From Nitrospira sp. (GTDB lineage Bacteria > Nitrospirota > Thermodesulfovibrionia > UBA6902), in assembly GCA_016784355.1 (NCBI GenBank), contig JADHUV010000006.1, positions 28,372 through 92,371 on the forward strand: a stretch of DNA of 64,000 nucleotides, read 5' to 3'. The translations under genes and the position numbers were made by a program. Below the pieces are notes generated by a model, which saw nothing but the letters and a program-made list of their open reading frames with translations, ran no database searches and was not told the origin of the DNA. Positions 7,208-17,655 of the stretch are shown here, piece after piece. Positions within the stretch are counted from its first letter, which is position 1, and every line of letters starts with the position of its first letter.

Positions 7208-8823
7208 AGGTTGGTTTTCTCCATGGGTAGTCTAACAAAAAAACTCGTGCCTTTGCCAACTGTACTTTTTACTGTTATATGCCCTCCTAAATGTTTGACA
7301 ATTCCATGGCTGACGGAAAGGCCCAGTCCAGTACCCTTGCCGATGGGCTTTGTAGTATAGAAGGGTTCAAAAAGCTTTGACATGTCCTCTTCTTTTATGC
7401 CGTTGCCTTCATCAGCAAACTCCAGTTCAACATAGCTATTGTCTGTTTCTGATATCTCTCTTGCATATATGGTGATCTTGCCTCTGCCGTCCATCGCATC
7501 TGCAGCATTTATAAACAGGTTGAGAAATATCTGCTGAAACTGCGAGGCATCCCCGGAAACTATGTATTGCTCATCCTTGCACGTGAGGTCAAACTTCACA
7601 TGGCGAAATTTTGCCTGATTCTGCAGCATGAAGATAGTGCGGTTTAAGACCTCTGTGATCGAGACATTTCCCTTTTCTGAGGGTGTAGCACGGGCAAAGG
7701 TGAGGAGGTTTTTTATGATCTTTGAGCATCGTTCAGCCTGCTCGATAATAACATTGATGTCCTCGCTTTCCGGCCCGTCCTTCGGGACTTTTTTCTGCAG
7801 GAGGTGGGCAAATGTAATAACCCCGGTAAGCGGGTTGTTGATTTCATGAGCAACTCCGGCAGCCATTCTGCCAAGCGAGGCGAGCTTTTCTGTCTGCACC
7901 AGACTGGCATGAGTATTTTGTATCTCTTCTGTTTTTTTGGCTACTTCATCCTCAAGGGTATGGGTCCAGAGCTCTCTTTCTTCACGGGCATTTTTCAGGT
8001 CCCTGATCATGGCGTTGAAGCTTTTTGCCAGCACCCCGATCTCATCGCTGGATGTTACCTCAACGGTGTGTTCCAGATCCCCTCCGGCCACTTTGCCCAT
8101 GCCTGTGACCAGGCTGTTGACCGGCTTGGAGACTACCTTATAAAGGATGACAATCAGACAGATCGAGACTACCAGGACGAACATGGCAACATATGCGGTA
8201 AGGGCAAGACTCTGTTTGAACAGGGTTTTATCCAAGAGGGACAGTGAGAGGTCTGCCTCAATAAAGCCGAGGATTTCCTGGTCTTTCGGATGGGCATGAC
8301 AGCTTGCGGTAAAACAGGCCAGTTCATTAGGTATCCTGTCGACTATTTTCAGGGTCGTATTGCCCTCTTCATCTTTATAGACGCTCCATTTTTTGGGCGT
8401 GGGGGAAAGCTCTGAAGAATTTGCGGGATCTGTGTGGCATGATTTGCAGGCCTGTGACCCCCGGGCAACTGACTCTGCTGCCCGTTCTTTGGAAGAGGAA
8501 TAGCGCACTGTTCCTGAATGGTCGAAAATTCTTAGGCTATGGACTCCCTCTGGAATGCTGAGGTTCTCTATTACCTTACGGGTTTCCTCTCTGTCATTGG
8601 AGGACATGCTGCTGAAAGTGCTTTTTTTTGCGAAATCTATAAAGGTTTCGCCGTAATCTACGGCGATAAACATGATGTCTTTGTTCTGCTTGTGGAGAAT
8701 TGCATACCAGAAGACAAAACTCACGACTATCATGAGCAGTCCGATTGCGATAATGAGTTTTGCAGCTACCGATTTGTTCGGATTGCGGAAAATGTTCTTC
8801 ATATTGAGTTGTATTATAAGCAC
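7204..8823 (-). CDS. Sensor histidine kinase with a periplasmic domain carrying c-type heme-binding motifs, then HAMP, HisKA and HATPase_c
   Basis: TM1 at aa 20-43. Periplasmic domain (aa 45-205) has CKSCH (a CxxCH motif) and CFTASCH. TM2, then HAMP 'LAKSFNAMIRDLKNA', H-box 'AAGVAHEINNPLTGV', and G-boxes 'DEGNGI' and 'GKGTGLGLS'. Confidence 0.9.
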   Translation of the reverse strand: MLIIQLNMKNIFRNPNKSVAAKLIIAIGLLMIVVSFVFWYAILHKQNKDIMFIAVDYGETFIDFAKKSTFSSMSSNDREETRKVIENLSIPEGVHSLRIFDHSGTVRYSSSKERAAESVARGSQACKSCHTDPANSSELSPTPKKWSVYKDEEGNTTLKIVDRIPNELACFTASCHAHPKDQEILGFIEADLSLSLLDKTLFKQSLALTAYVAMFVLVVSICLIVILYKVVSKPVNSLVTGMGKVAGGDLEHTVEVTSSDEIGVLAKSFNAMIRDLKNAREERELWTHTLEDEVAKKTEEIQNTHASLVQTEKLASLGRMAAGVAHEINNPLTGVITFAHLLQKKVPKDGPESEDINVIIEQAERCSKIIKNLLTFARATPSEKGNVSITEVLNRTIFMLQNQAKFRHVKFDLTCKDEQYIVSGDASQFQQIFLNLFINAADAMDGRGKITIYAREISETDNSYVELEFADEGNGIKEEDMSKLFEPFYTTKPIGKGTGLGLSVSHGIVKHLGGHITVKSTVGKGTSFFVRLPMEKTNL

Positions 8824-8971
8824 ATTTTCACAATATTAAAAGTTGTATGATTCTTTTAGCTATATATTGGGCGTGCGGGCCGATCCGGATCTTTGCTTGA
8901 GGCAGTTATTCTTCTTTTATGGCATGAAAACTCAGAATATACTTACATAGCATTGACAGCGGGAGGCATGA

Positions 8972-9361
8972 TTGTGTATAAAATACGCTATGCCCGGTAC
9001 GTATATACCCATAAATTATTTGCCAGTTGCGATTATCATGTTGATTTCATCGCTAATCGGCCTTGGTGCGCTTGTCGTGGGGCTACTTGTACGTCCTCGG
9101 CGGCCTTATGCGCAGAAGTTATATCCGTACGAGTCCGGTAACCCGCCTATAGGTGATCCCAGGGTGCCGTTTAATGTGAAGTTTTATATTGTTGCGATGC
9201 TGTTTGTGGTCTTTGATGTAGAGGCGGTTTTTCTCTACCCCTGGGCCGTGGCATATGGACAGTTAGGGATTTTTGGCTTTGTTGAGATGATGCTTTTTAT
9301 AGTTGTACTGCTTGTCGGCTATATATATGTCTGGAAGAAGGGAGCTTTTAACTGGGAATGA
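8972..9361 (+). CDS. nuoA: NADH-quinone oxidoreductase subunit A
   Basis: Three TM helices. 'YESGNPP...[27 protein letters not shown]' NuoA signature. TTG at 8972 is 5 nt after GGGAGG; the ATG at 8990 is an alternative start. ATGA overlap with nuoB. Confidence 0.85.
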   Translation: MCIKYAMPGTYIPINYLPVAIIMLISSLIGLGALVVGLLVRPRRPYAQKLYPYESGNPPIGDPRVPFNVKFYIVAMLFVVFDVEAVFLYPWAVAYGQLGIFGFVEMMLFIVVLLVGYIYVWKKGAFNWE

Positions 9362-9897
9362 TTGAAAAGAATCCATTTAGTGACGGGAAACATCCCGATT
9401 TAATAGAAGTAGAGAAGGGGATAAAGGTTATCCCCGGCGCAAATACGATCATAACTTCTCTGGATATGCTGATTAACTGGGGCAGGAAGAATTCGTTATG
9501 GCCTATGACCTTTGGACTTGCCTGCTGTGCGATCGAGATGATGGCCGCCGGCTCAAGTCATTATGATTTTGACAGATTCGGTGTGGTATTTCGTGCATCT
9601 CCAAGGCAGGCAGATGTAATAGTGATAGCAGGCACCGTGACAAAGAAGATGGCCCCTGTTGTCAGAAGGGTTTATGATCAGATGCCTGAACCGAGATATG
9701 TAATCGCGATGGGAAGCTGCGCCTGTACAGGCGGTATATTTGATACATATTCTACAGTTCAGGGATGTGATACATTTCTTCCGGTAGATGTTTATGTGCC
9801 GGGATGTCCTCCCAGGCCGGAGGCGCTTATGGAAGGTGTCATGAAATTACAGGATAAGATACAAAAGGAGTATTTCAGATGGAGCCCATTGAGATAG
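9358..9897 (+). CDS. nuoB: NADH-quinone oxidoreductase subunit B (N2 [4Fe-4S] subunit)
   Basis: 'LACCAIEMM', 'GSCACTGG', '[11 protein letters not shown]' Cys motifs. Confidence 0.95.
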   Translation: MIEKNPFSDGKHPDLIEVEKGIKVIPGANTIITSLDMLINWGRKNSLWPMTFGLACCAIEMMAAGSSHYDFDRFGVVFRASPRQADVIVIAGTVTKKMAPVVRRVYDQMPEPRYVIAMGSCACTGGIFDTYSTVQGCDTFLPVDVYVPGCPPRPEALMEGVMKLQDKIQKEYFRWSPLR

Positions 9898-10412
9898 TAG
9901 CCCGCCTTCGGGAGAAGTTCGGAAGCGAGATACTGCAGGATACACAGTTTAGAGATCAGGTCTTTGTTAGTGTGAAAAAGGATAGGATTCTTGATATTTG
10001 CAAGTTTTTGCATGATGATCCCGATACTAACATGGATTTTCTTGCTGATCTTTGCGGGGTGGATTATCCTGATAATGAGTTTAGATTTGAAGTCATTTAT
10101 AATATGTATTCCATGCAGCATCATCACCGTCTTATTGTTAAGGGCATGGTTCCAGAAAATGATATTGTTATTGATAGTGTCGAGTCTATATGGAGTACAG
10201 CAGACTGGCACGAAAGAGAGGCCTGCGATATGTTCGGCATAGTATTTGCCGGGCACCCTGATCTCAGGCGTATACTTATGCCGGAAGATTGGGAAGGATA
10301 CCCTCTGAGGAAAGATTATCCTCTGAAGGGCCGTAAGGACTGGGAATACAAGGGTTTTGAGGAACTGAAAGACCTGCACTCTCATGACAAAGAATGGAAT
10401 ATTCAGGCTTGA
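9879..10412 (+). CDS. nuoC: NADH-quinone oxidoreductase subunit C
   Basis: AAGGAG RBS 8 nt upstream of the ATG. NuoC/30-kDa-like: '...[26 protein letters not shown]'. Confidence 0.9.
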   Translation: MEPIEIVARLREKFGSEILQDTQFRDQVFVSVKKDRILDICKFLHDDPDTNMDFLADLCGVDYPDNEFRFEVIYNMYSMQHHHRLIVKGMVPENDIVIDSVESIWSTADWHEREACDMFGIVFAGHPDLRRILMPEDWEGYPLRKDYPLKGRKDWEYKGFEELKDLHSHDKEWNIQA

Positions 10413-10457
10413 TATAAGCTAATTAAAATTTGACCGTATATATAAAATTTCTTAATT

Positions 10458-11672
10458 ATGATTGATGACAATATGAACGACAGGAGTGAAGGGGTAGATT
10501 TACTCTCTAAAGAGCTGACCCTTAATATGGGTCCTCAGCACCCTGCAACTCACGGAGTATTAAGGCTCGTGCTTGATCTTGACGGCGAGACTGTAAAGAA
10601 GATTACGCCTTATGTAGGCTATCTTCACCGCGGAGTTGAAAAGCTGGCAGAGAACAGGAATTATATGCAGATCCTGCCGCTGACTGACCGTCTCGATTAT
10701 ATCTCGGCCATGTCAAATAATATTGGCTATTGTACTGCCGTTGAAAAGACCTTTGGCATCGAATTGACCGAGCGGACTGAATATATCCGTACAATTGTCG
10801 GAGAGATGTCGCGTATCGCCAATCACCTGCTGTGGCTTGCCACTCATGCCCTGGACATCGGAGCAATGACGGTATTTCTTTACTGTTTCAGAGAAAGAGA
10901 GTCTATACTGGATCTTTTTGAGAAACTTTGCGGTGCAAGACTTACAACAACATATACCAGGATTGGCGGTCTTAAAAACGATGCAAGTCCTGAGTGGCTG
11001 GAACAGGTTTATAAATTTACTGATGATTTTCCCTCCAGGGTAGAGCAGTATGAGACCCTGATCGACCAAAACCGTATCTGGCTTCGCAGGACGAAGGGTA
11101 TTGGTTATATCTCGCCCGAAGATGCTATAAACTGGGGCCTGACCGGTCCGGTTCTCAGAGGGTCAGGCGTTAATTATGATGTCAGAAAAACTCAGCCATA
11201 TGGCGTATATGATAAGGTCAAATGGGAAGTCCAGACGGCCCAAAACGGCGATATATATGATAGATACCGTGTGCGTATGGAGGAATTCAGACAGTCTAAT
11301 TCTATAATCCGTCAGTGCATTGAGCAGATACCCGAGGGTCCTATAATCTCAGATGCCCACAAGTATGTTCTTCCTCCGAAGGACAGGGTCTTAAATGATA
11401 TGGAGAGCCTTATACATCATTTTGTTCTTATTACCAAGGGGCCGCTTACCGCGCCTAAGGGTGAGATATATGTGGCTACTGAAGTGCCGAAGGGTGAGCT
11501 CGGGTTTCATATTGTAAGTGATGGCGAAGGCAGACCGTATCGTATGCGTGTCAGGTCTCCTTCCTTTGTTCATGTATCTGCGCTTCCCAAGATTTGTCAG
11601 GGTGAGCTGGTTGCAGATGTAATTGCTAATATTGGAAGTATTGATATTGTGCTCGGGGAATGCGACAGGTAA
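10458..11672 (+). CDS. nuoD: NADH-quinone oxidoreductase subunit D
   Basis: '[23 protein letters not shown]' and C-terminal 'RVRSPSFVH'. Ends 70 bp before nuoH, with no room for nuoE, nuoF or nuoG. Confidence 0.95.
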   Translation: MIDDNMNDRSEGVDLLSKELTLNMGPQHPATHGVLRLVLDLDGETVKKITPYVGYLHRGVEKLAENRNYMQILPLTDRLDYISAMSNNIGYCTAVEKTFGIELTERTEYIRTIVGEMSRIANHLLWLATHALDIGAMTVFLYCFRERESILDLFEKLCGARLTTTYTRIGGLKNDASPEWLEQVYKFTDDFPSRVEQYETLIDQNRIWLRRTKGIGYISPEDAINWGLTGPVLRGSGVNYDVRKTQPYGVYDKVKWEVQTAQNGDIYDRYRVRMEEFRQSNSIIRQCIEQIPEGPIISDAHKYVLPPKDRVLNDMESLIHHFVLITKGPLTAPKGEIYVATEVPKGELGFHIVSDGEGRPYRMRVRSPSFVHVSALPKICQGELVADVIANIGSIDIVLGECDR

Positions 11673-11742
11673 TGATGAAGGTTTTTTCAATTATCAATTT
11701 GTATAAGGCAGACGTTATTTTGAATTATTATAAGGAAACAGT

Positions 11743-12732
11743 ATGAGTCTGACAGGAATTATAGCAACACTTCCGGAAACGCTGGTGATCTTTCTTAAGA
11801 CATTTATAGCGGTCAATATCCTGATGCTGCATATAGCTTATGTTGTTTATTTTGAACGCAAGGTCATAGGGCATATGCAGGCAAGGCTGGGTCCTATGAG
11901 GGTTGGCTGGCATGGCCTGCTGCAGCCGATTGCGGATGGTGTCAAACTCTTCTTCAAGGAAGATATCATACCTTCAAGTGCAGATAAGCCTATATTCTAC
12001 ATAGCGCCGGTTATCGGTGTAGTAGCGGCCATATCATCGCTGGCGGTCATTCCGATGTGGGATGGTTTCTCGATAGCTGACCTTAATATAGGGCTTCTTT
12101 ACATACTGGCCCTGTCTTCCATTGGATCATATGCAATTATCCTTTCAGGGTGGGCATCTACCTCAAAGTATGCATTTATCGGAAGTCTCAGGTCTGCGGC
12201 GCAGGTCATCAGTTATGAGATAGCGATGGGCATGAGTCTGGTGGGCATTATGCTGCTTGCAGGCAGTGCGAGTCTTTCGGATATTGTGACAGCCCAGCAG
12301 GGCGGAGTTTTTAATTGGTTCATATTTAAGCAGCCCCTGGCCTTTTTTGTCTTTGTGATGGCGGCGATTGCGGAGACCAACAGGGCTCCTTTTGATCTGC
12401 CTGAAGCCGAGACCGAGATAGTTGCGGGTTATTTTACAGAGTATAGCGGTATCAGGTTCGGCCTCTTTTTTATGGCGGAGTATGCAGGCATGTTTATCAT
12501 GTCAGCCATGGCCGCGGTATGTTTTCTGGGTGGCTGGAGCGGCCCGATACCAGGGGTTCCAGGTATTGTATGGTTTTTATTTAAGGTTTACGGCTTTATA
12601 TTCTTTTACTTCTGGATAAGGGCGACCTTGCCGAGATATAGATATGATCAGCTTATGAGTCTTGGCTGGAAGCTGTTTATCCCACTGGCCCTTGCAAACA
12701 TTGTTATTACCGGACTTGTAAAGATTTTATAG
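11743..12732 (+). CDS. nuoH: NADH-quinone oxidoreductase subunit H
   Basis: 8 TM helices. 'ERKVIGHMQARLGPMRVGWHGLLQPIADGVKLFFKED' NuoH signature. Confidence 0.95.
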   Translation: MSLTGIIATLPETLVIFLKTFIAVNILMLHIAYVVYFERKVIGHMQARLGPMRVGWHGLLQPIADGVKLFFKEDIIPSSADKPIFYIAPVIGVVAAISSLAVIPMWDGFSIADLNIGLLYILALSSIGSYAIILSGWASTSKYAFIGSLRSAAQVISYEIAMGMSLVGIMLLAGSASLSDIVTAQQGGVFNWFIFKQPLAFFVFVMAAIAETNRAPFDLPEAETEIVAGYFTEYSGIRFGLFFMAEYAGMFIMSAMAAVCFLGGWSGPIPGVPGIVWFLFKVYGFIFFYFWIRATLPRYRYDQLMSLGWKLFIPLALANIVITGLVKIL

Positions 12733-12764
12733 AACTAGATATGGATCTTAAGGAATTTATATAG

Positions 12765-13310
12765 ATGACAGTAATGGACTTACTTAAAAAAATATTTTTA
12801 GTAGAGATACTTAAGGGTATGGCCGTGACTCTTAAGCAATTCTTTACCCCAGCGGTAACGAGGCAGTACCCTAAGGAAAAGAGGGAGCCTTTTATTGGTT
12901 CACGCGGGCTGCATGCCCTAGTGCGTGATTCAAACAGCGGCAAGGAAAAATGTGTAGGTTGCGGTCTCTGTGCTGCAATGTGCCCTTCAGAGTGTATACA
13001 TATATATACCAGCGAAGGTGATGATAACGAAAAGGTCGTTGACAGGTATGAGATAGATCTGCTGCGCTGTGTTTTCTGCGGACTCTGTGTAGAAGCCTGT
13101 CCTTATGCCGCACTTGTACAGACAGAACATTTTGAGTATTCCGGATATACCAGGGCAGAATTTTATTATACAAAGGACCGTCTGCTGGAAAACTGGGATA
13201 AGTACATGGCCGGGGATAAGGGACGTAAATATATTGATCTTTTCTGGAGACCGAGGTCTTCGGATTTTGAAAAGAAAAGCAAGTCTGAACAGGACAGGAG
13301 TAAGGCATGA
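12765..13310 (+). CDS. nuoI: NADH-quinone oxidoreductase subunit I (2x[4Fe-4S])
   Basis: 'CVGCGLCAAMCP' and 'CVFCGLCVEACP'. Confidence 0.95.
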   Translation: MTVMDLLKKIFLVEILKGMAVTLKQFFTPAVTRQYPKEKREPFIGSRGLHALVRDSNSGKEKCVGCGLCAAMCPSECIHIYTSEGDDNEKVVDRYEIDLLRCVFCGLCVEACPYAALVQTEHFEYSGYTRAEFYYTKDRLLENWDKYMAGDKGRKYIDLFWRPRSSDFEKKSKSEQDRSKA

Positions 13311-13822
13311 CACTGGTACAGGGTTTCTTTATTTACTTTGCCGTAGCAATGACAGTTCTGGCGCTGCTGGTTGTAACCAGAAAAAGCCCGATGCATAGTG
13401 TCCTGTGGATGCTGGCTTTCTTTTTTCATACTGCGGGTTTATATCTGTTTTTAAACGCAGAATTTCTTGCTGCCGCGCAGATTATTGTCTATGCAGGCGC
13501 TATAATGGTGCTTTTTATCTTTGTTATTATGCTCCTTAACCTTAAGAAGGAGGAGACTGAGAGAAAACTTCAGAAGCATTGGGTCGCGGGTTTGGTTGTG
13601 AGTCTGGTGCTTATGGCTGCCATGGTAAAGATCCTCAGCGGCATAACAGTATTGCCGCCGCTTGGAGAGTATTCTATTCAGTTTGTACAGCTTCAGGGCA
13701 ACCTGATGACTATTGGAAAGGTGTTGTATACACAGTATCTGCTGCCGTTTGAGATCGCGTCTGTTGTGTTGCTTGTGGCGATAATCGGAGCAGTAGTGCT
13801 TGCAAAAAAGAGGATTTTATAA
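13307..13822 (+). CDS. nuoJ: NADH-quinone oxidoreductase subunit J
   Basis: Hydrophobic 171-aa protein in the conserved position. ATGA overlap with nuoI. Confidence 0.9.
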   Translation: MTLVQGFFIYFAVAMTVLALLVVTRKSPMHSVLWMLAFFFHTAGLYLFLNAEFLAAAQIIVYAGAIMVLFIFVIMLLNLKKEETERKLQKHWVAGLVVSLVLMAAMVKILSGITVLPPLGEYSIQFVQLQGNLMTIGKVLYTQYLLPFEIASVVLLVAIIGAVVLAKKRIL

Positions 13823-13859
13823 TGAAGGGTCAGGTTACTGGTCTTTTAATCAGGAGGCA

Positions 13860-14165
13860 GTGTTGGTTCCGTTAAGCTGGTATATAATTTTAAGCGCAGT
13901 GCTCTTTTGCATAGGGGTCTTCGGATTTCTTGCCAGGCGTAATATGATCGTTATGTTTATTTCTATCGAGCTTATGCTTAATGCTGTAAATATAAGCCTG
14001 GTTGCCTTCAGTCACTACCTGCAGCAGGTTACGGGTCAGATACTGGTTTTCTTTGTTATTACCGTGGCCGCGGCCGAGGCTGCTATAGGTCTTGCGATCC
14101 TGATTGCGTATTACAAAAACAATCCTACTGTTAAGGCTGATGATGCTAGCCTGATGAAAGGATAG
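13860..14165 (+). CDS. nuoK: NADH-quinone oxidoreductase subunit K
   Basis: Three TM helices. 'MFISIELMLNAVNISLVAF' NuoK motif. Start set to GTG 13860 or TTG 13863 after GGAGG at 13853-13857, not the 13800 ATG, which would overlap nuoJ. Confidence 0.85.
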   Translation: MLVPLSWYIILSAVLFCIGVFGFLARRNMIVMFISIELMLNAVNISLVAFSHYLQQVTGQILVFFVITVAAAEAAIGLAILIAYYKNNPTVKADDASLMKG

Positions 14166-14175
14166 GGATTTAATT

Positions 14176-16098
14176 ATGATTAAATATACGCTGATACCGC
14201 TGCTGCCGCTGATCGCTTTTGTGATTAATATTCTATTCGGCCGCAATTATATCCGGGACAAGGCACACTGGGTTGCCATCCCCGCCATTGTCGGCTCCCT
14301 TCTGCTTGCAATCAGTGCTTTTTTTGATGTGGCAGGCGGTAATGTAATCAATATTAATGTGTATGACTGGATCGTCTCGGGAGATTTCAATGTCTCTGCA
14401 GGTCTGATGATAGATCAGCTTACCGCAATTATGCTCTTGGTTGTGACTATATGCGGTACTCTTATATTTATTTATTCAGTCGGCTATATGCATGGAGATG
14501 AAGGGTATTATCGTTTTTTTGCGTATTTGTGCCTCTTTATATTTTCAATGCTTGTGCTGGTCATGGGTAATAACTTTCTTGTTATGTACTTCGGCTGGGA
14601 GGCAGTAGGACTTTGTTCGTACTTTTTGATCGGATTTTGGTTTAATAAAAAATCAGCTGGCGATGCTGGCAAAAAGGCCTTTATAGTAAACCGGTTCGGC
14701 GACTTTGGCTTCGGACTGGGTGTTATTTTGATATTTCTTACCTTCGGTACCCTTGATTTTGTCGGTGTATTCGGTCAGGCCGGCAGCTTTGCAGGGCAGA
14801 CCATTAATTTCCTCGGGTGGGAAGTTGATCTTGTTACGCTTATCTGTCTGCTTCTTTTCTGCGGTGCGGTGGGTAAGTCAGCTCAGCTTCCGCTGCATGT
14901 CTGGCTTCCTGATGCTATGGAAGGACCGACTCCTGTTTCCGCTCTTATACACGCCGCAACTATGGTAACTGCGGGTGTGTTTATGGTTGCAAGGTGTAAT
15001 CCGCTTTTTATAGAGTCTCCGATTGCGATGAACACGGTAGCGATAGTCGGAGGGGTGACCGCTATCTTTGCAGCAACTATTGCACTGGTTCAAAATGACA
15101 TCAAACGCGTTATAGCATATTCAACAGTGAGTCAGCTCGGCTATATGTTTCTGGCGCTCGGTGTGGGTGCCTTTTCTGCCGGAGTCTTTCATTTATATAC
15201 TCATGCATTCTTCAAGGCCCTCCTGTTTTTGGCCTCAGGCAGCGTGATTCACGCATTGCATAACGAGCAGGACATGCGTAATATGGGCGGTCTTAAAAAG
15301 TATATGCCTATTACATACGCGGTATTTATCATCGGGACTTTGAGTATTACCGGTATATTTCCCTTTGCCGGATTCTTCAGTAAGGATGAGATTCTCTGGC
15401 GTGCATTTCTGGCCGGCGACATGGGAAAATTCCTATGGCTCCTCGGAACAATTGCCGCGCTTCTGACATCTTTTTACTCCTGGAGGCTTATATTTATGAC
15501 ATTCCACGGTGACTTTCGCGGTACCTCGGAGCAGGAGCATCATCTGCACGAATCGCCAAAGGTTATTACCGTGCCCCTTATGATTCTGGCTGTCGGTGCA
15601 GTAGCGGCCGGCTGGGTCGGCATACCACCGCTCTTTATGGAGCATGGGGATAAGATCGGTGAATTTCTAGCACCTGTGCTGGGACATCCATCCGGACATG
15701 GTACTCATGCGCAGGAATGGTTTGTTGTCGGCATCTCCTCATTGGTTGCCGTGCTTGGCGGTATTGTTGCATATGTAATGTATGTGAAGAAGACGGATAT
15801 TGCAGGGAAAATTGCATCTGCTTTCAAGCCGGTTCACGCCCTGCTTTATAATAAATATTATGTAGATGAACTGTATGACACGACACTTATTCAGCCTGTT
15901 ATGAAGGCCTCGGACAAGGTCATTCTTGGATTTATTGATAAAACGATTATAGAAGGTATTGTTAACGGTATACCTAATGTCATAGGCGTGTTCAGCAGAA
16001 AGCTCAGGACGATACAGACCGGGGTTTTCGGGAGTTACGGACTGGCCATGACAGTTGGCGCACTGTGTATCATAGGATACCTGTTTTTTCAGAGGTAG
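14176..16098 (+). CDS. nuoL: NADH-quinone oxidoreductase subunit L
   Basis: 640-aa antiporter-like subunit. 'WLPDAMEGPTPVSALIHAATMVTAGV'. Long C-terminal horizontal-helix region. Confidence 0.95.
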   Translation: MIKYTLIPLLPLIAFVINILFGRNYIRDKAHWVAIPAIVGSLLLAISAFFDVAGGNVININVYDWIVSGDFNVSAGLMIDQLTAIMLLVVTICGTLIFIYSVGYMHGDEGYYRFFAYLCLFIFSMLVLVMGNNFLVMYFGWEAVGLCSYFLIGFWFNKKSAGDAGKKAFIVNRFGDFGFGLGVILIFLTFGTLDFVGVFGQAGSFAGQTINFLGWEVDLVTLICLLLFCGAVGKSAQLPLHVWLPDAMEGPTPVSALIHAATMVTAGVFMVARCNPLFIESPIAMNTVAIVGGVTAIFAATIALVQNDIKRVIAYSTVSQLGYMFLALGVGAFSAGVFHLYTHAFFKALLFLASGSVIHALHNEQDMRNMGGLKKYMPITYAVFIIGTLSITGIFPFAGFFSKDEILWRAFLAGDMGKFLWLLGTIAALLTSFYSWRLIFMTFHGDFRGTSEQEHHLHESPKVITVPLMILAVGAVAAGWVGIPPLFMEHGDKIGEFLAPVLGHPSGHGTHAQEWFVVGISSLVAVLGGIVAYVMYVKKTDIAGKIASAFKPVHALLYNKYYVDELYDTTLIQPVMKASDKVILGFIDKTIIEGIVNGIPNVIGVFSRKLRTIQTGVFGSYGLAMTVGALCIIGYLFFQR

Positions 16099-16104
16099 AG
16101 ATAA

Positions 16105-17655
16105 ATGGACAATGTAATAATGAATAACCTTGATTACCCGATACTGTCGTGGACCGTGTTACTTCCGGTATTCGGCTCGCTGCTGCTGCTGTTTATGCAG
16201 AATGCAAGGGCGGTGCGCTGGACGGCATTGATCTTTACGCTTCTGACATTTGCAATATCCCTGCCTCTTCTTACGCAGTTTGATAAGGGTACTCACTTGA
16301 TGCAGTTTGTTGAAAAGCATGAGTGGATACCTTCGTGGGGGATAAATTACATTATCGGTATTGATGGTATAAGTATCCTGTTTGTATTTCTGACCACGAT
16401 ACTAAGTATACTTTGCGTGCTGGTCTCATGGAATTCCATAAATACAAGGGTGCGCGAGTTTCATATTGCGATTCTTGCAATGGAGGCCGCTATGGTCGGG
16501 GTCTTTGTATCTCTCGACTTTTTCCTGTTTTATCTTTTCTGGGAGGCCATGCTGATCCCGATGTTCCTGCTTATAGGGGTCTGGGGCGGGGCGAATAAAT
16601 TATACGCCTCGATCAAGTTTTTCTTATACACCCTTGTTGGAAGTGTACTTATGCTGGTCGGCATAGTTGTTCTTTATTTTGCCGGTGGCAAGACGCTGGA
16701 TATTCTTACGCTTAGCACTCTTAGTCTGCCGATGGGCCTGCAGTTTTGGCTCTTCCTTGCATTCTTTGCGGCCTTCGCCGTAAAAGTGCCGATGTTTCCG
16801 GTGCATACCTGGCTTCCGGATGCGCACACTGAGGCACCAACCGCCGGCAGTGTTATCCTTGCCGGAGTACTGATTAAGATGGGCGCCTATGGTTTCCTCA
16901 GATTTTCGATGCCCATGCTTCCTGATGCCACCAGGCTTTTCATTCCGGTACTCATGGTACTTTCGGTTGTGGCGATTATTTATGGTGCACTTGTATGTTT
17001 TGCCCAAAAGGATTTCAAGAGACTTATAGCTTATTCCAGTGTCAGTCATATGGGTTTTGTAACTCTCGGACTCTTTGCGATGAATACGCAGGGTGTTGAG
17101 GGCGGTATATTGCAGATGATCAATCACGGTATCATTACCGGAGCGATGTTTTTAATGATAGGAATGATCTATGAAAGGACTCATACCAGGGTCATATCGG
17201 AATACGGCGGCTTTGCTAAAATTGTGCCGTGGTATGCCGGACTATTTTGTATACTGACATTCGCATCTGTCGGTCTGCCGGGTACAAACGGTTTTGTCGG
17301 AGAGTTCCTGATAATTTTCGGTGCCTTCAAGGCTAAACAGATTATTGGAGTTCTTTCAGCCTTAGGTATTATCCTGGGCGCAGGTTACATGCTCCGGCTT
17401 TATCAGGATATATTCTTTCAGGACGCCGCGCCTGATTTTGAGAAGAAGGGTAAACACCCGGTATGGGATCTTGATATGAGAGAGGTTCTTACGCTCGCTC
17501 CATTGCTGCTGCTTGTGTTCTGGATAGGCTTTTACCCGAACACGTTTCTCAGCTATATGCATGCCTCGGTCGAGCATCTTATAAGCCGTGTTAATTACAC
17601 CGCCTATGCCGGACAGGAAAATCTAATAGCTAAATATATTATGGAGATCTTTTAA
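16105..17655 (+). CDS. nuoM: NADH-quinone oxidoreductase subunit M
   Basis: 'HTWLPDAHTEAPTAGSVILAGVLIKMGAYG' antiporter-like motif. Confidence 0.95.
   Translation: MDNVIMNNLDYPILSWTVLLPVFGSLLLLFMQNARAVRWTALIFTLLTFAISLPLLTQFDKGTHLMQFVEKHEWIPSWGINYIIGIDGISILFVFLTTILSILCVLVSWNSINTRVREFHIAILAMEAAMVGVFVSLDFFLFYLFWEAMLIPMFLLIGVWGGANKLYASIKFFLYTLVGSVLMLVGIVVLYFAGGKTLDILTLSTLSLPMGLQFWLFLAFFAAFAVKVPMFPVHTWLPDAHTEAPTAGSVILAGVLIKMGAYGFLRFSMPMLPDATRLFIPVLMVLSVVAIIYGALVCFAQKDFKRLIAYSSVSHMGFVTLGLFAMNTQGVEGGILQMINHGIITGAMFLMIGMIYERTHTRVISEYGGFAKIVPWYAGLFCILTFASVGLPGTNGFVGEFLIIFGAFKAKQIIGVLSALGIILGAGYMLRLYQDIFFQDAAPDFEKKGKHPVWDLDMREVLTLAPLLLLVFWIGFYPNTFLSYMHASVEHLISRVNYTAYAGQENLIAKYIMEIF

Noticed and set aside
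8893-9141. 82-aa ORF overlapping the nuoA start in another frame
   Set aside because: GGGAGG is directly adjacent to its ATG (spacing too short). The translation is Cys/Arg-rich with no features. The nuoA frame explains the region.
13800-13859. N-terminal extension of nuoK from ATG 13800
   Set aside because: It would overlap nuoJ by 23 nt and add a non-conserved hydrophilic leader. GGAGG at 13853-13857 supports a GTG or TTG start at 13860-13863.
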